Assembly (NCBI GenBank): GCA_964016885.1
Contig: OZ024747.1
Span: 70,370,001-70,434,000 of the forward strand
DNA length: 64,000 nt
From: Eledone cirrhosa
Lineage: Eukaryota
Direction of reading: 5' to 3'
Shown: positions 1 through 11,919 of the stretch, one piece after another
Layout: each line of letters opens with the position of its first letter
Numbering within the stretch: the stretch's first letter is position 1
Made by a program: the position numbers and the translations under genes
Notes under the pieces: generated by a model
Seen by the model: only the letters and a program-made list of their open reading frames with translations
What the model was told of the DNA's origin: nothing
The model's database searches: none

Positions 1-539
1 GATGGAGCTAAGCACACCATAGACATTTTTCTGAAGTCGCTGTGGGTAGATCTGCCAGTCCTGGATCAGTCACATCAGTCAGCAGCGCGCATGCACACAG
101 TGAGGGTTAAAGTGACCCGACCTGTAGGTATCTTCGTATCGAAGACATCGCTATCATAATCAGATTCAGATGATGAATTAATTGTGTTAAACGCGGTATT
201 TAGTAGCTGAGTAACTGTATTTCATTTGGTAGACTATGGTTGATTTAATTTCGTTGCTTTCATTTACCTTTATATCGTTGTTTCGTGGACTTACGAGAGA
301 CGCAATTTTCATATATATTTTAGAATGATGCGTCTGATATTGTGTGGACTAAGATCGCCGTTGAAAGCTTCTTGCACGAAGTGTCTCTCTCTTGAAGGGA
401 TTAGCTAAGGTAGTGTTAATATAGACTGCTAAGGCATTAGATGAAGTGGGCAGATGGTTTCTTTTTTTAAATTATGTATAATGTTGCCAAATTATGTTTG
501 CGATATGTTAGTAGAGAGTAGATTCTCAGGTCAACTCTC

Positions 540-890
540 ACCCCGGAAATAATAAACGTAGGAGCTACATACATACATTCACATAAATACATACACACAC
601 ATACACATATACCATACACATACATAAACGCATACATACATACATACATAATATACGGAGCTACGGGTTATATACCAACCCGCTTGGACCAAAGTATGAC
701 TGAACTTGGATTTGCGGACAAAAAGCGCAGCTCCCTAATTCATAGTCTACAAATGGTTGCGATAGCTGGCACCTTCAAAATTTGCAAAACATTCTTGCGC
801 TTCAAGCGATGACAATTTCTTTTCTTTTACAACCTTGCCACCAGGAAGGTGGCCGGTCAAAAAAATATACTCGAAATTAAGAGAAAGAGA
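540..890 (+). mobile_element. 3' end of an R4/Dong-like RLE non-LTR retrotransposon, interrupted by a microsatellite insert
   Basis: Removing 569-664 gives PEIINVGATGYIPTRLDQSMTELGFADKKRSSLIHSLQMVAIAGTFKICKTFLRFKR*, resembling the P-I-I-I-G-A-x-G...LQ...GT.KICK.F C-terminus of R4/Dong ORFs. A short 3'UTR runs into (TA)n. Confidence 0.55.
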
Positions 891-954
891 CATATATATA
901 TATACATACACATACATACACATACATACATGCATAATACATTTATACATACAT

Positions 955-1126
955 GATGACTGCAAACTCGTGTTTGAGCATTGCTATCGCCTGATAAAAT
1001 GCTCAAAAATGTGAGGCACGAATGTGGATCTTAAAACCAGCCAAAGACCTGCACCCTCTGGCACACACATGGCAATTGTAGACTCCTCTGAGACTTTCCA
1101 CTGCTCGGTTCTGACTGTGTTTTCAT
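955..1126 (-). mobile_element. RTE-like LINE 3' end (C2H2 finger plus 3'UTR), copy 1
   Basis: Minus strand encodes CHVCARGCRSLAGFKIHIRASH, like the terminal zinc finger of RTE ORFs. Ends in a (TATG)n tail. Paralogous to 1776-1950. Confidence 0.6.
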
Positions 1127-1138
1127 ACATATATATAT

Positions 1139-1664
1139 GATGGCTGCCCCTTCGTTATCGAGTATGACCATTGCATGATATACCATTATTAATAATTATC
1201 AATTAATTCTATCGTGCAATGCCTGTGCGTTTTTTAAAGTGAGGAAAGATTGTGCACTGAGCCAATCCCACTCTCTGAGCGACAGTAGCTATAATCCGAA
1301 AAGAAGAACATATCAACATCATCAGTAACTACTGAGCCGCAGGTTTTATATCGGAGTTATCCCAGTTTCTTGAGTTGCCTTCTCCTAAAGAATGTTCTGG
1401 CAAAGGCTAAGGGACCTTCACTCTCAGTGGTTTAACCGCGCGGTATATGTGTATATACATATTTACACACTTTTGGATGGCCGTTGACTCTTATGAGTTC
1501 TTCCGCTCTTTGTCAGGTTTTCTTTTTTGTCCTGCAAGGTGTACAAAATCACCCTCCTCACCAAGTAAACTTGGTGGGGTTGCCGGTTTAGTCGCCGACG
1601 ACCCGACCATACGACAGGTTGTACCGGGTTACATGTTACCAGTAGCACTCAAGAGTGACCCGAC
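1139..1664 (-). mobile_element. Bipartite non-autonomous RTE-derived element (5'UTR plus 3' end)
   Basis: Homologous along its length to 53430-54283. Contains the RTE 5'UTR-type motif TAGGAGAAGG(C/A)AA and a GGCAGCCA(T/C)C terminus next to (TA)n. Confidence 0.6.
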
Positions 1665-1775
1665 ATACACATACAAACATGCATACATTCATATATACAT
1701 ACATAGAAACAAAAATACATTCATACATACACACACACATGCATACATATACATACATGCATACATATACACATA

Positions 1776-1950
1776 GATGATGGCCGCAAACTCATGTTCA
1801 AGCATTGCCATCGCCTGATAAAATGCTCAAAAATGTGCGGCAGGAATGTGGCTCTTCAAACCAACCAAAGACCTGCACCCTCTGGTACACACATGGCAAC
1901 TGTAGACTCTTCTCAGACTTTCCACTGCTCGGTTCTGACTGTGTTTTCAT
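1776..1950 (-). mobile_element. RTE-like LINE 3' end, copy 2
   Basis: Minus strand YSCHVCTRGCRSLVGLKSHIPAAHF*. Same boundaries as 955-1126 and flanked by (CATA)n. Confidence 0.6.
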
Positions 1951-3559
1951 ACATACATATATACATACATATATACATATATGCATACATATATACATAC
2001 ATGCATACACATATGCCAGTGGCGTACTGTGCACATTGTAATATAATCGTGTTATATCGAACATTTGAATTAGGTAAATCTACATATTGCGTCAATGATG
2101 TATGGAATATATTAATATCGAAATATAATATATATTAATAACACAGAATATATGAAAAAAAAAAAAATACATAAAGAAAATGTATATGAGTAACACGTTC
2201 GGAGAATATAGTCCAATTATATCGATATTATTTTTGCATCAGCTGAAGTAAAATAGTGTTACTGCTAACAAATACATTGAAACATTACTTCTACATAGAT
2301 CCGGTATCGTGCAATATTGTCTAATTTGTTCCGTTATAGGTATTATATTTTGAGCGGTGTCCCTTTCTTTAAGATAGAGTGTATTCTGTTAGCATTATTC
2401 TTGACCAAGAATATAAAAAGATAATTTCCTGAATAGTATTGTACAGCATCCGGTGTATAAATGATCTTCAAATAGAAGCCGTTTATGGCTTCTGAATATC
2501 GCCAGGTGTTTTACGTTTCTTGGAGATATATATGTTCCCCAATTCTATTTTCATTATTCTATCATGTTTAAATATTTCGTTATGAAATTATATTCAACCT
2601 CAGAAAATATATTTCTATTATTATACTATCATTTCTCAAACGTAAACTGTTTTATTTCCCTTTATTCTTTGTTGGTGTAAGTGATAAATTACATTATAAA
2701 TCTTGAAAAACGTGATAGCTCAGCGAATTGAATGTTTTGTATTGACGAAAAGTATTTGTCGAGCAAATGTAATAGTGATAATTTGATTAATTGAAAGAAA
2801 TGCACAAGAAACCTTGTACCTATTGGAAGTTCACTAACCAATTAACTGAACCTTATTCTAGTTAATATTTTCAAAACTAAAAGCATTTCTTCAAGATGTA
2901 AGAGAGAAGATTGCCAATTAAACCTGTGATTTCCATTCGGAATCTTTGTAATGGATGCTTATTTACATTTCAAACACAAAAATGTATTCTCTCTCTCCAT
3001 CCAAGCTTTGTGAGTGAAATTGAGTAGATGGAAACTGTTTCAAAACCCGTCGGATGGAATGAAGTTGAAATTTAAAGAATCAACCTTGTCATACACTGTG
3101 TCACCCTGGATCTCCCTGAGGATTACATTAAAGGTAAATGTGTTTGTAGAATGCTTAGTCGCTTACACGTTAATTTCACGAACAGGCTGTCCCGTTCATC
3201 GAATAACTGCATCACTTGACATTGAAAGACACTGAGATCCATCGTTGATGCCTATATGCATGCAACTGCATCGCTGGCATACGGATCAGCGAATTCTTAG
3301 TGATTGGACTTATGCTAATACATACATATACTCTCCTTCTTCCTTTTCATCGTGATCATGATAATACCAATATTGTCATCACATATTGAATATAATTTAC
3401 GCTCGTTTCCAATACAACGACATGCGCGTCACTGTCTCCTATCATGATTTTTGACTGACGCTTAGCTTGGTTTTCAGACGATGAATTGACTCGTGAGCAG
3501 CTTGGTAAGCTACAGATGTACTGTTGGACAACTATCTGCATGTAGCTAACGTATTTGGA

Positions 3560-3805
3560 GATCCACGTGTATTTGGGGTGCTTGGTTGGGTACTCTACGG
3601 TAATACTCTGGCGGATTGAGTTAACTATTTGCTGGATGCTTTCCATGTTGTTCTTTTCTGACTGTACTCCTATGGGGTATTTACCTGGATATTAATGTTA
3701 TCTACGTAGCGTGAGTACATAGTCAGGGTTATAGTGTTCTCATCTAAGCATTCCTTAAGTCTTCTGTCCCACCATAGCATAAAGAGGTTAGCTACGTCAC
3801 ATTCC
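3560..3805 (-). pseudogene. Penelope-like reverse transcriptase fragment
   Basis: Translation DVANLFMLWWDRRLKECLDENTITLTMYSRYVDNINIQ (YVDD motif decayed to YVDN), then MESIQQIVNSIRQSITVEYPTKHP. Lies next to family A pLTR. Confidence 0.7.
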
Positions 3806-4029
3806 TCATACGGGTATTGAATTTAAACATGTCCCTTACTCCTTACGGGCTAGTCATATACTGCCCTCACCCTATATGCAATCAGTTTCGTTACTTAACC
3901 CTGGTTTTCAGGGGAACGTTTGGCTCAGGTCCACCTTCTCCACCTTTCCGTGTGGGGTTTCTTGGCTCTTAAGGTAATGGTAGGTGGTCTGCCCCTCACT
4001 GGTCTTGTGGGACAGAGGCTGCTAAGGTC

Positions 4030-4296
4030 GCAAAACCAAAATGGTGTAGGAAAGAACAAAGGAGAGACATAAAAAACAACAAAAGTAGTCACTGAGGAGG
4101 TAACAGAATGTGTGATGAACGAGCTTTGACAATCAAGAACTAAACAACCATGCGGTTATTAAAGTAAGAAAATAGAAGTGAAATCTAACAGTGCGTTTGT
4201 TTTTATTAGCAGCATGACCCTCCCAATTTATAACAATATCTGTTTCAACACGCGTTTTCAGATAAGTAATCTTGCAAAACAAATACAAAATCAAAG

Positions 4297-4298
<2 letters not shown>
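4030..4298 (+). mobile_element. PLE family A pseudo-LTR (old copy, damaged HHR at 4088-4130)
   Basis: Diverged homolog of 26580-26830 and 4700-4840. CTGAGGA core present but GAAA is mutated to GAAC. 3' end abuts (TA)n. Confidence 0.7.
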
Positions 4299-4337
<39 letters not shown>

Positions 4338-4342
<5 letters not shown>

Positions 4343-4840
4343 ATATTTTGGGAGGGTGATGTTGCCAATAAGAAACACACGTACCAGTTGCTTTCACTCC
4401 AATTTATTATAAATAAAAAAAATATTTTTTTTAAATAAGACAAAAATAAAAATTTATAAATTTACGGTTGGTTGGTTCCACAATCGGACGGTTGTTCATA
4501 TATTGTCAAAGTTCTTTCGTCACACATTCTGTGACCTCTTCAGTGACTGGGGATTCTTTTCTTTGTTTTGTGCCTCTCCTTTGTTCTGTCCTACGCCATC
4601 TTGTTTTTGTGTGTGTTCATGAACAACCGTGCGGTTGTGGAACCAACCAACCAACCGGAAATTCATAAATTAAAAAAAAAGAATTAAACATTTTTTTTTT
4701 TTAAATTTATAATAAATTGGAGTGAAAGCGACTGGTGCGTGTGTTTCTTATTGGCAACATGGCCCTCCCAAAGTATAACAATATCGGTTTCAACACAAGT
4801 TTTCAGATAAAGAATCTTGCTAAACAAATACAGAAACGAA
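4338..4840. mobile_element. PLE family A non-coding inverted pLTR pair in (TA)n
   Basis: 4338-4500 is the reverse complement of about 4620-4780. The internal part is the minus-strand pLTR with an HHR. TA repeats on both sides. Confidence 0.8.
4505..4547 (-). ncRNA. Minimal type I hammerhead ribozyme (family A)
   Basis: GUCA-CUGAAGA-G-GUCACA(GAAUG)UGUGAC-GAAA-GAAC-UU-UGAC: stem I 4 bp, stem II 6 bp, CUU triad. Confidence 0.8.
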
Positions 4841-5299
4841 ATATATATATATATACTATTTTAATTTTTTTATTCATTTCTATTCTAATTCCTACAAATT
4901 GAGTATAGACATATATCGAACACCAGTTTCTATTTTATAGACTGTATAATGATGAACATCAAAGTGGATCTAGACGGGAGTGTGTAGGCAGAATGCACAA
5001 ACCCTTTTAAAATGACCCTGATTCATCACGCCCAAATTACCTGCCTATAGAGTTATTCAGATTTTAATGCATGCTTTGCGTATGTACAATATACTTTCCA
5101 ATTTAGAATATTCACCTGCTTCTAGTTCTGCATAAATATTATTCTTTAAACATGGTTCGAAGCCAAATAACTTTAAATGTCACACAAGTTTGCGTTGATT
5201 TCAGCAGAGACAACGAAAAGAAGCTTTTAAAGCAAAGAAAAACGGATGGAAGAAAGTCACAATATGACATTATAGTCTCTCTCACTCACACGCTCGCAC

Positions 5300-5364
5300 A
5301 CACACACACACACACACATGCACGCGCACGCACATATATATAAGTACATACATATATGTATATA

Positions 5365-5439
<75 letters not shown>

Positions 5440-5838
5440 ATATCTACATAAAATATGTGTGTATATATATATGTATATATATATATATACATATATGTAT
5501 AAATATATATGTAGATACACACACACACATATATATATACATATATATATGTATATATATATATATATGTATAAATATATATGTAGATACACACACACAC
5601 ACAGATATATATATATATAAATATATGTATATATATAAATATATGTATATATATATATATATATATACATATTTATATAAATGTAGATACATATATATAT
5701 ATGTATATATATATATTTAAATATACATATATATGTATATATATATATAAATATATGTATATATATATATATATATATATACATATTTATATATATGTAG
5801 ATACATATATATATATATATGTATATATATATTTAAAT

Positions 5839-5932
<94 letters not shown>

Positions 5933-6083
5933 CTATATATATATATATATATATGTATCTATATCTCTATATATATATATATATGTATCTCTCTCTATAT
6001 ATATATGTATATATATATATATATGTATCTATATATATATATGTATCTATATATATATGTATCTATATATATATATATGTATC

Positions 6084-6114
<31 letters not shown>

Positions 6115-6281
6115 CTATATATATATATATATATATGTATCTATATATATATATATATGTATCTATATATATATTTCGTTTCTGAATTTGTTTAGCAAGA
6201 TTCTTTATCTGAAATCGTGTGTTGAAACCGATATTGTTATACTTTGGGAGGGTCATGTTGCCAATAAGAAACACACGCACC

Positions 6282-6329
<48 letters not shown>

Positions 6330-6402
6330 GTATCTCTATATATATATATATGTATCTATATATATATATATATATGTATCTAAATATATATATATATGTA
6401 TC

Positions 6403-6442
<40 letters not shown>

Positions 6443-6613
6443 AATGCATATACATATACACACATATATATACATATATATATATGTATATATATGTGTG
6501 TATATGTATATGCATATGTATATATATATGTATATACATATATATGTATATGCATAAGTATATATATATATATATATATAAATATATACATATATATATA
6601 TACATGTATATGC

Positions 6614-6679
<66 letters not shown>

Positions 6680-6770
6680 GTATATATGTATACATATATA
6701 TAGATATATATATACATGTTATTTTATAATATATGTATGTATATATATATATACATATATATATATCTAG
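5300..6770. repeat. Compound (TA)n/(CA)n microsatellite array containing a family A pLTR tail (6175-6282, minus)
   Basis: Direct reading; 6175-6282 is nearly identical to 25826-25933. Confidence 0.9.
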
Positions 6771-7416
6771 AGATAGAGGGAGAGAGGGAGAGAGAATTAC
6801 ATAGATAGCTGAGTATGTGTGAATATGTGTATGTATTAGACTGCGATGATATTTATATTTAGGGTGAGTAGGCATCCGTTTAAGTGTTTCACTTTAGCGT
6901 AATGACAAAACTGAATATAATCTTGGACTATTGGTAAAATGTTTAGTCCTCCCAGCGAAAGGAAAATGTGCTATGAAAGCAAACATAGAAAGGCGAGGAA
7001 GCCATAAGAAATATAGAAACACGCAAAACAAATGAAAACTCTATGTTATTCACTCACACAGTCGGTCATTGAATAATCAACATTGTTTATATGTGTACCA
7101 ATTGAGAAATATATATTTATTTTCGCAGACACACATACACACACGCGCACAGGCACACACAAACAAACAATCATACACACACACACACACATGGGTGCCT
7201 GCGTGCACACACACACGTATTTATATGTACGTAGATATTAACATATTGACAAATAAGCTAACGCATTACTTTACAGTCTCTCATTCAATATATTATATGT
7301 ATATATTTATATGTATATCTGTGTGTATGTATCTATATATATGTATGTATATATATATATATATATGTTTGGGTATATATATATATACATATATATATAT
7401 ACATATATATACATAA

Positions 7417-7505
<89 letters not shown>

Positions 7506-7546
7506 CATATATATACATAAATATATGTATATATATATATATATAC

Positions 7547-7592
<46 letters not shown>

Positions 7593-7680
7593 TCATCTTT
7601 TTCCATTTAACTGAGGGTTCCAAACCCCAATATCAGGCTAACATTTCTTTAGTCAAAAATACGGTGAAAGCTATTCTATA

Positions 7681-8268
7681 GGAAGGCCGCAAGGACTGTC
7701 CATTTATTTTTGAGACTCGAAACCGATTCGGTAAAGGTAACCATATTGAGTACAGTGAATTTTTTGAAATTTATTTTGAAACTTTTTCTTATTTGCTAAA
7801 CCTTGATTATATATGTTCTGGCTCGTTAATTTATTAACCTGCCATTGAACCACATTGGCATATGGTTGGACAATACATGTGTCCCTGAACGCTTTTTGCG
7901 TGTAGGGATATATACTTTATTTTTATTATTCTCCTCTTGGTCGAGAAATTTGGTCGTTTTGACTGCTGCTATTTATAGTGGTAGTAGACTGACCTCCCTG
8001 CCTCTGCTTCTATCTTTACATACGGCACTGGACAGAATTGCTTCCATATCATTCATTCTCATCTCGGGAACAATTTTGAATAGCGCAGTTCGTAATTTGA
8101 ACTTGGGAATTTTATATTCTCCGAGTGAAAAGAACCTTCTGACGAGAGTTTATCTTTTCAATGGAAGGCCGCAAGGACTGTCCATTTAGTTTTGAGACTC
8201 GAAACCGATTCGGTAAAGGTAACCATAGTGAAATTTATTTTGAAACTTTTTCTTTTTGCTAAACCTTG

Positions 8269-8270
<2 letters not shown>
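7681..8270 (+). mobile_element. Direct-repeat-bounded HHR element (PLE pLTR or retrozyme-like, family E)
   Basis: 7681-7807 is repeated at 8163-8270. The element sits between (TA)n arrays and has a complete HHR overlapping the second repeat. Confidence 0.7.
8134..8220 (+). ncRNA. Canonical type I hammerhead ribozyme (family E)
   Basis: ACCUU-CUGACGA-GAGUUU...AGACUC-GAAA-CCG(AUU)CGG-UA-AAGGU. All three stems form, GUA triad, predicted cut after 8215. Confidence 0.85.
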
Positions 8271-8344
<74 letters not shown>

Positions 8345-8528
8345 ATGTGCGTGTGTATGCATTTATACCTTTTACATACATATATATATATAAATATATA
8401 CACACACATACATGTATATATGTTAGTATGTGCATTTATATATACTTATATCTGTGTGTGTATATATATATATACATATGTATATATAAATATATATATA
8501 TGTATATATGTGTGTATATATATACATA

Positions 8529-8559
<31 letters not shown>

Positions 8560-8624
8560 GTGTATATATATACATATGTATACATATATATATATGTATA
8601 CATATATATATATATGTATACATA

Positions 8625-8684
<60 letters not shown>

Positions 8685-8964
8685 CATGTATATATACGTC
8701 TATACATAATAATATGTACACGCATATATATAGTGACGAACATATTTTTCTTGTGTAAAAGTAATATACGCGTGTAGATCTAAATACTCGCCTAAAAAGC
8801 AGACATTTTGTTTTACGTAAATCTGTGTGTATGGCTTCTTGTGCACGTATATGTACACATGCACACCCACGTATCTGTAAGGATAAAACGTTGTTAAGGA
8901 AAACATGTTGTGATTACGTGCCATTAAAACTAACTTTCGGCATATACATCTCACACATGGCAGA

Positions 8965-9051
<87 letters not shown>

Positions 9052-9306
9052 TTATATATATATATGTGTGTGTGTGTGCGCGTGTGCGTTTATATATATA
9101 AGTATATATATATATTTAAAGGTTAAACAAGGTTCAATGAATAAATCAAAGAATTAGTTTTACAATAGATGGAAGCACTCAACAGTATGGTTTTCCGGAG
9201 TGATTAATATTTTTGGAGTTATTTCCCTGAGTTATTTTCCGGAGTTATTAATATTAATTCAAAATATTAACAAAAATAGAATATTTTGAATTAATATTAT
9301 ATATAC

Positions 9307-9354
<48 letters not shown>

Positions 9355-9407
9355 GTGTTGGAGTTCTGAAACAGCGATGTATATATGAATGTACATATAT
9401 TTAATAA

Positions 9408-9522
9408 TTGTTTCTATTTTTAGACACAAGACCAGCAATCACCCAGTACATTACTGGTACTTTATTTTATCTACCCCGGATGAAAGGCAAAGTTAACCTC
9501 GGCGGGATTTGGACTCAGAACA
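9408..9522 (-). mobile_element. tRNA-derived SINE fragment (Meta-domain-like core)
   Basis: CTGGTACTTTATTTTATC...GGATGAAAGGCAAAGTTAACCTCGGCGGGATTTG shared with the other SINE copies. Confidence 0.7.
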
Positions 9523-9690
9523 TACATTTAATAATATACTGTAGGGTTATTTTAAAATATTTTGAAGGCTTTTCCCTCTGAAATTAAGGTAGTGAGTATA
9601 GCCACAAAACTACCTTCGCTAAACAACGAGAAACACGTCGGTTATTTCCCTTTGTTTTTGCTGAAGCTATTATATATATATATATATATA

Positions 9691-9900
9691 TCAGATAGGC
9701 TGTGGTAAAAAAACCAAGTGGACTATAATCCACCAGAGTACTCGATATTTGGGGTAATAGAGTGGCTAATATAATAGGATTGAGGACACCAACGACTGAG
9801 CTCCGGCTGTTTCGACAGCTAGATCCGAACTAAAGCGCCAGTATTCGAAAGGCGGGAGTCTACCTGAAATTATCAAGTGGTACAGTCCATATATGGGCAG
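9691..9900 (-). mobile_element. PLE-like family B, diverged copy with decayed UUGAUAA hammerhead
   Basis: Homologous to 22299-22436 and 35381-35500. Minus strand has TTGATAA...CTGTC-GAAA-CAGCC. Confidence 0.55.
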
Positions 9901-10387
9901 TCAGTCAAGGTGAAAAATATCTTCCTCTATGATAGACGCCATGTGGTTGCTGCACTTATATATTTATGTTAGATGTACGTATAGATGCGCGCATGTAATT
10001 TTATGCATGTACGTGTGTGTGCATGTATGTATATTTGTGTGTGTATCTATATATATTTTCCATTATAAGATGTTATTTTAACTCAGCCTCACTTTCATTT
10101 TTAATAGATATCAATTTCAAAACTTATATCCAAAACATAACGATTTCATCTAATAAACGGCCCGGACGTTTCTGTAAATAATCTCTAGTTTCTTGAAACC
10201 TTTGGTAATGGAATAATTATATTGTGTTGTTTATTATGTAATTAAGTAGCTCTGTACTATACATAGAGCACTCTTCTTTCCTTTCTAACACACACACACA
10301 TGTATGTGTATATATGATTCGACAGCAGATGAAGCCATCAGACAGAGATTTTTTCTTATTCGCGTTGTCATATATATATATATATAT

Positions 10388-10614
10388 AGGAAAAGAGTCA
10401 AGACCCCGACGGCAGAGATCAAGCCGTTTCGATGGCTATTTCTGGATGCGAAATAGCCGTCGAAACGGCTTGAGCTCTGCCGTCAGGGTCTTGACTCTTT
10501 TCCTATTACCTATATATATATATATAACAAAGGAAGTGTGGTAAGGAACCAGGTGGACAATACTTGGGTAGTAGAGTGGGTAATAGGAAAAGAGTCAAGA
10601 CCCTGACGGCAGAG

Positions 10615-10618
<4 letters not shown>
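10388..10618. mobile_element. Family B palindromic half-HHR insert (10388-10510) plus second tail copy (10527-10618)
   Basis: GGAAAAGAGTCAAGACCCCGACGGC...GCCGTCAGGGTCTTGACTCTTTTCC inverted repeat; all pieces lie in (TA)n. Confidence 0.8.
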
Positions 10619-10684
<66 letters not shown>

Positions 10685-10785
10685 GCCGACTAACTCACTC
10701 GATATGCAAATTAGGCTGCTCAGACGTTAATATGCATAAGGAAAGTATATACTTTCAAACGTTCAATCGACTGACAGGAAGGTAT

Positions 10786-10828
10786 ACGGTGCTGATGACA
10801 GTTAATAAGCTAGAAACTAGTTCATCGT
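10786..10828 (+). ncRNA. Minimal type I hammerhead ribozyme (family F) in TA-flanked insert 10681-10952
   Basis: ACGGUG-CUGAUGA-C-AGUU(AAUA)AGCU-A-GAAA-CUAG-UU-CAUCGU with palindromic stem III ACUAGU. Stem I extends via CUGACA/UGUCAG and GUUCAA/UUGAAC (10761-10847). Confidence 0.75.
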
Positions 10829-10952
10829 TCCTTTGTCAGTGTTGAACAAAAGGGCAACGATGGTTGCCGAACACTCTACGGGTACAAATTCGGGCTGTTT
10901 GTTTGCACACAAACCGAGCATTATAATAAACGTTCGGTAAACCCATAGGTAC

Positions 10953-10995
<43 letters not shown>

Positions 10996-11114
10996 CATGT
11001 ATGTATGTATATACATACTAGTGTACGTCTGTATACATATATGTATGTACGTATACATACTTATATTTAAGTATCAACCGTACTAAGAGTGAGAAATGAA
11101 ATTTCATTTTTTCC

Positions 11115-11149
<35 letters not shown>

Positions 11150-11164
11150 TATATATATATAAAT

Positions 11165-11886
11165 AGGATTTCGCTTCAAGCATAGCTTTATACAAATATG
11201 TATAGAAATTTCGTGTTTCTAAAGAAACACGGCTTTAGGAAGCCGTAGCTATGGAAACACCGGGGCTAACGCCCTCTGGTAGTGGCAGAAGCAAGGGGGA
11301 CAATCGTCTATGCATTTCAGGTTTGACTGGCCTTCGTTAGGACGGTCCCTCCCACTTGCAAGTGCTGGACTTGAAAACAGTCGAGAATGTATACTTTTCT
11401 CGTCTGTGTAAATGAGGTGATTAATCTCATTTGCATATGAAGCTGCATAAGTTGGGCCAACTTATAATAGAAAAGAATATGATTACGGTCTTCAAAATGC
11501 TTTTAATTAAGCATAAAGTGTATTGCAAAATACATTATATATACATCCATATATATATTGCTATTTCAGAGCTCCAATTCTAATTTTTAATTTCTGCCTG
11601 ACCAACAACCGCTCTGCATAATCAGCTCCTGATTATTTACTAGATTTCTATAAGAATATAACATCAATGATCTCAGCAGACAGGTGGGGTAGTTGGCCTT
11701 GATAAGCTTCAACCAAAGCGAAACAAGTCTTGTCGGCTTATCTCCCCTGTTTGCTGAGATCAAAGTGAGTAAATTTGTCACTACTTTAAAACAATAGCTT
11801 ACGGTCTTCAAAATGCTTTTAATTAAGCATAAAGTGTATTGCAAAATACATTATATATATATTGCTATTTCAGAGCTCCAATTCTA

Positions 11887-11887
<1 letters not shown>
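11165..11887 (+). mobile_element. Structured non-coding HHR element with direct repeats (family K)
   Basis: Direct repeat 11483-11584 / 11799-11887, many hairpins, flanked by (TA)n. A related terminus lies reversed at 9352-9380. Confidence 0.65.
11668..11762 (+). ncRNA. Type I hammerhead ribozyme with U3-A8 core variant (family K)
   Basis: GGCC-UUGAUAA-GCUU(CAACCA)AAGC-GAAA-CAAG(U)CUUG-UC-GGCU, GUC triad, cut after 11734. Distal stem I is 17 bp (UGAUCUCAGCAGACAGG/CCUGUUUGCUGAGAUCA). Confidence 0.8.

Positions 11888-11919
<32 letters not shown>

Noticed and set aside
1560-1664. HDV-like ribozyme at the 5' end of the bipartite RTE
   Set aside because: Could not assign P1, P1.1 and L3 consistently in both copies; left as a hypothesis.
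5257-8777. Long ORFs of YI/HT/CV repeats (also near 25-28 kb, 35, 39, 52-55 and 59 kb)
   Set aside because: Translations of (TA)n/(CA)n microsatellites, open in several frames; no protein signal.
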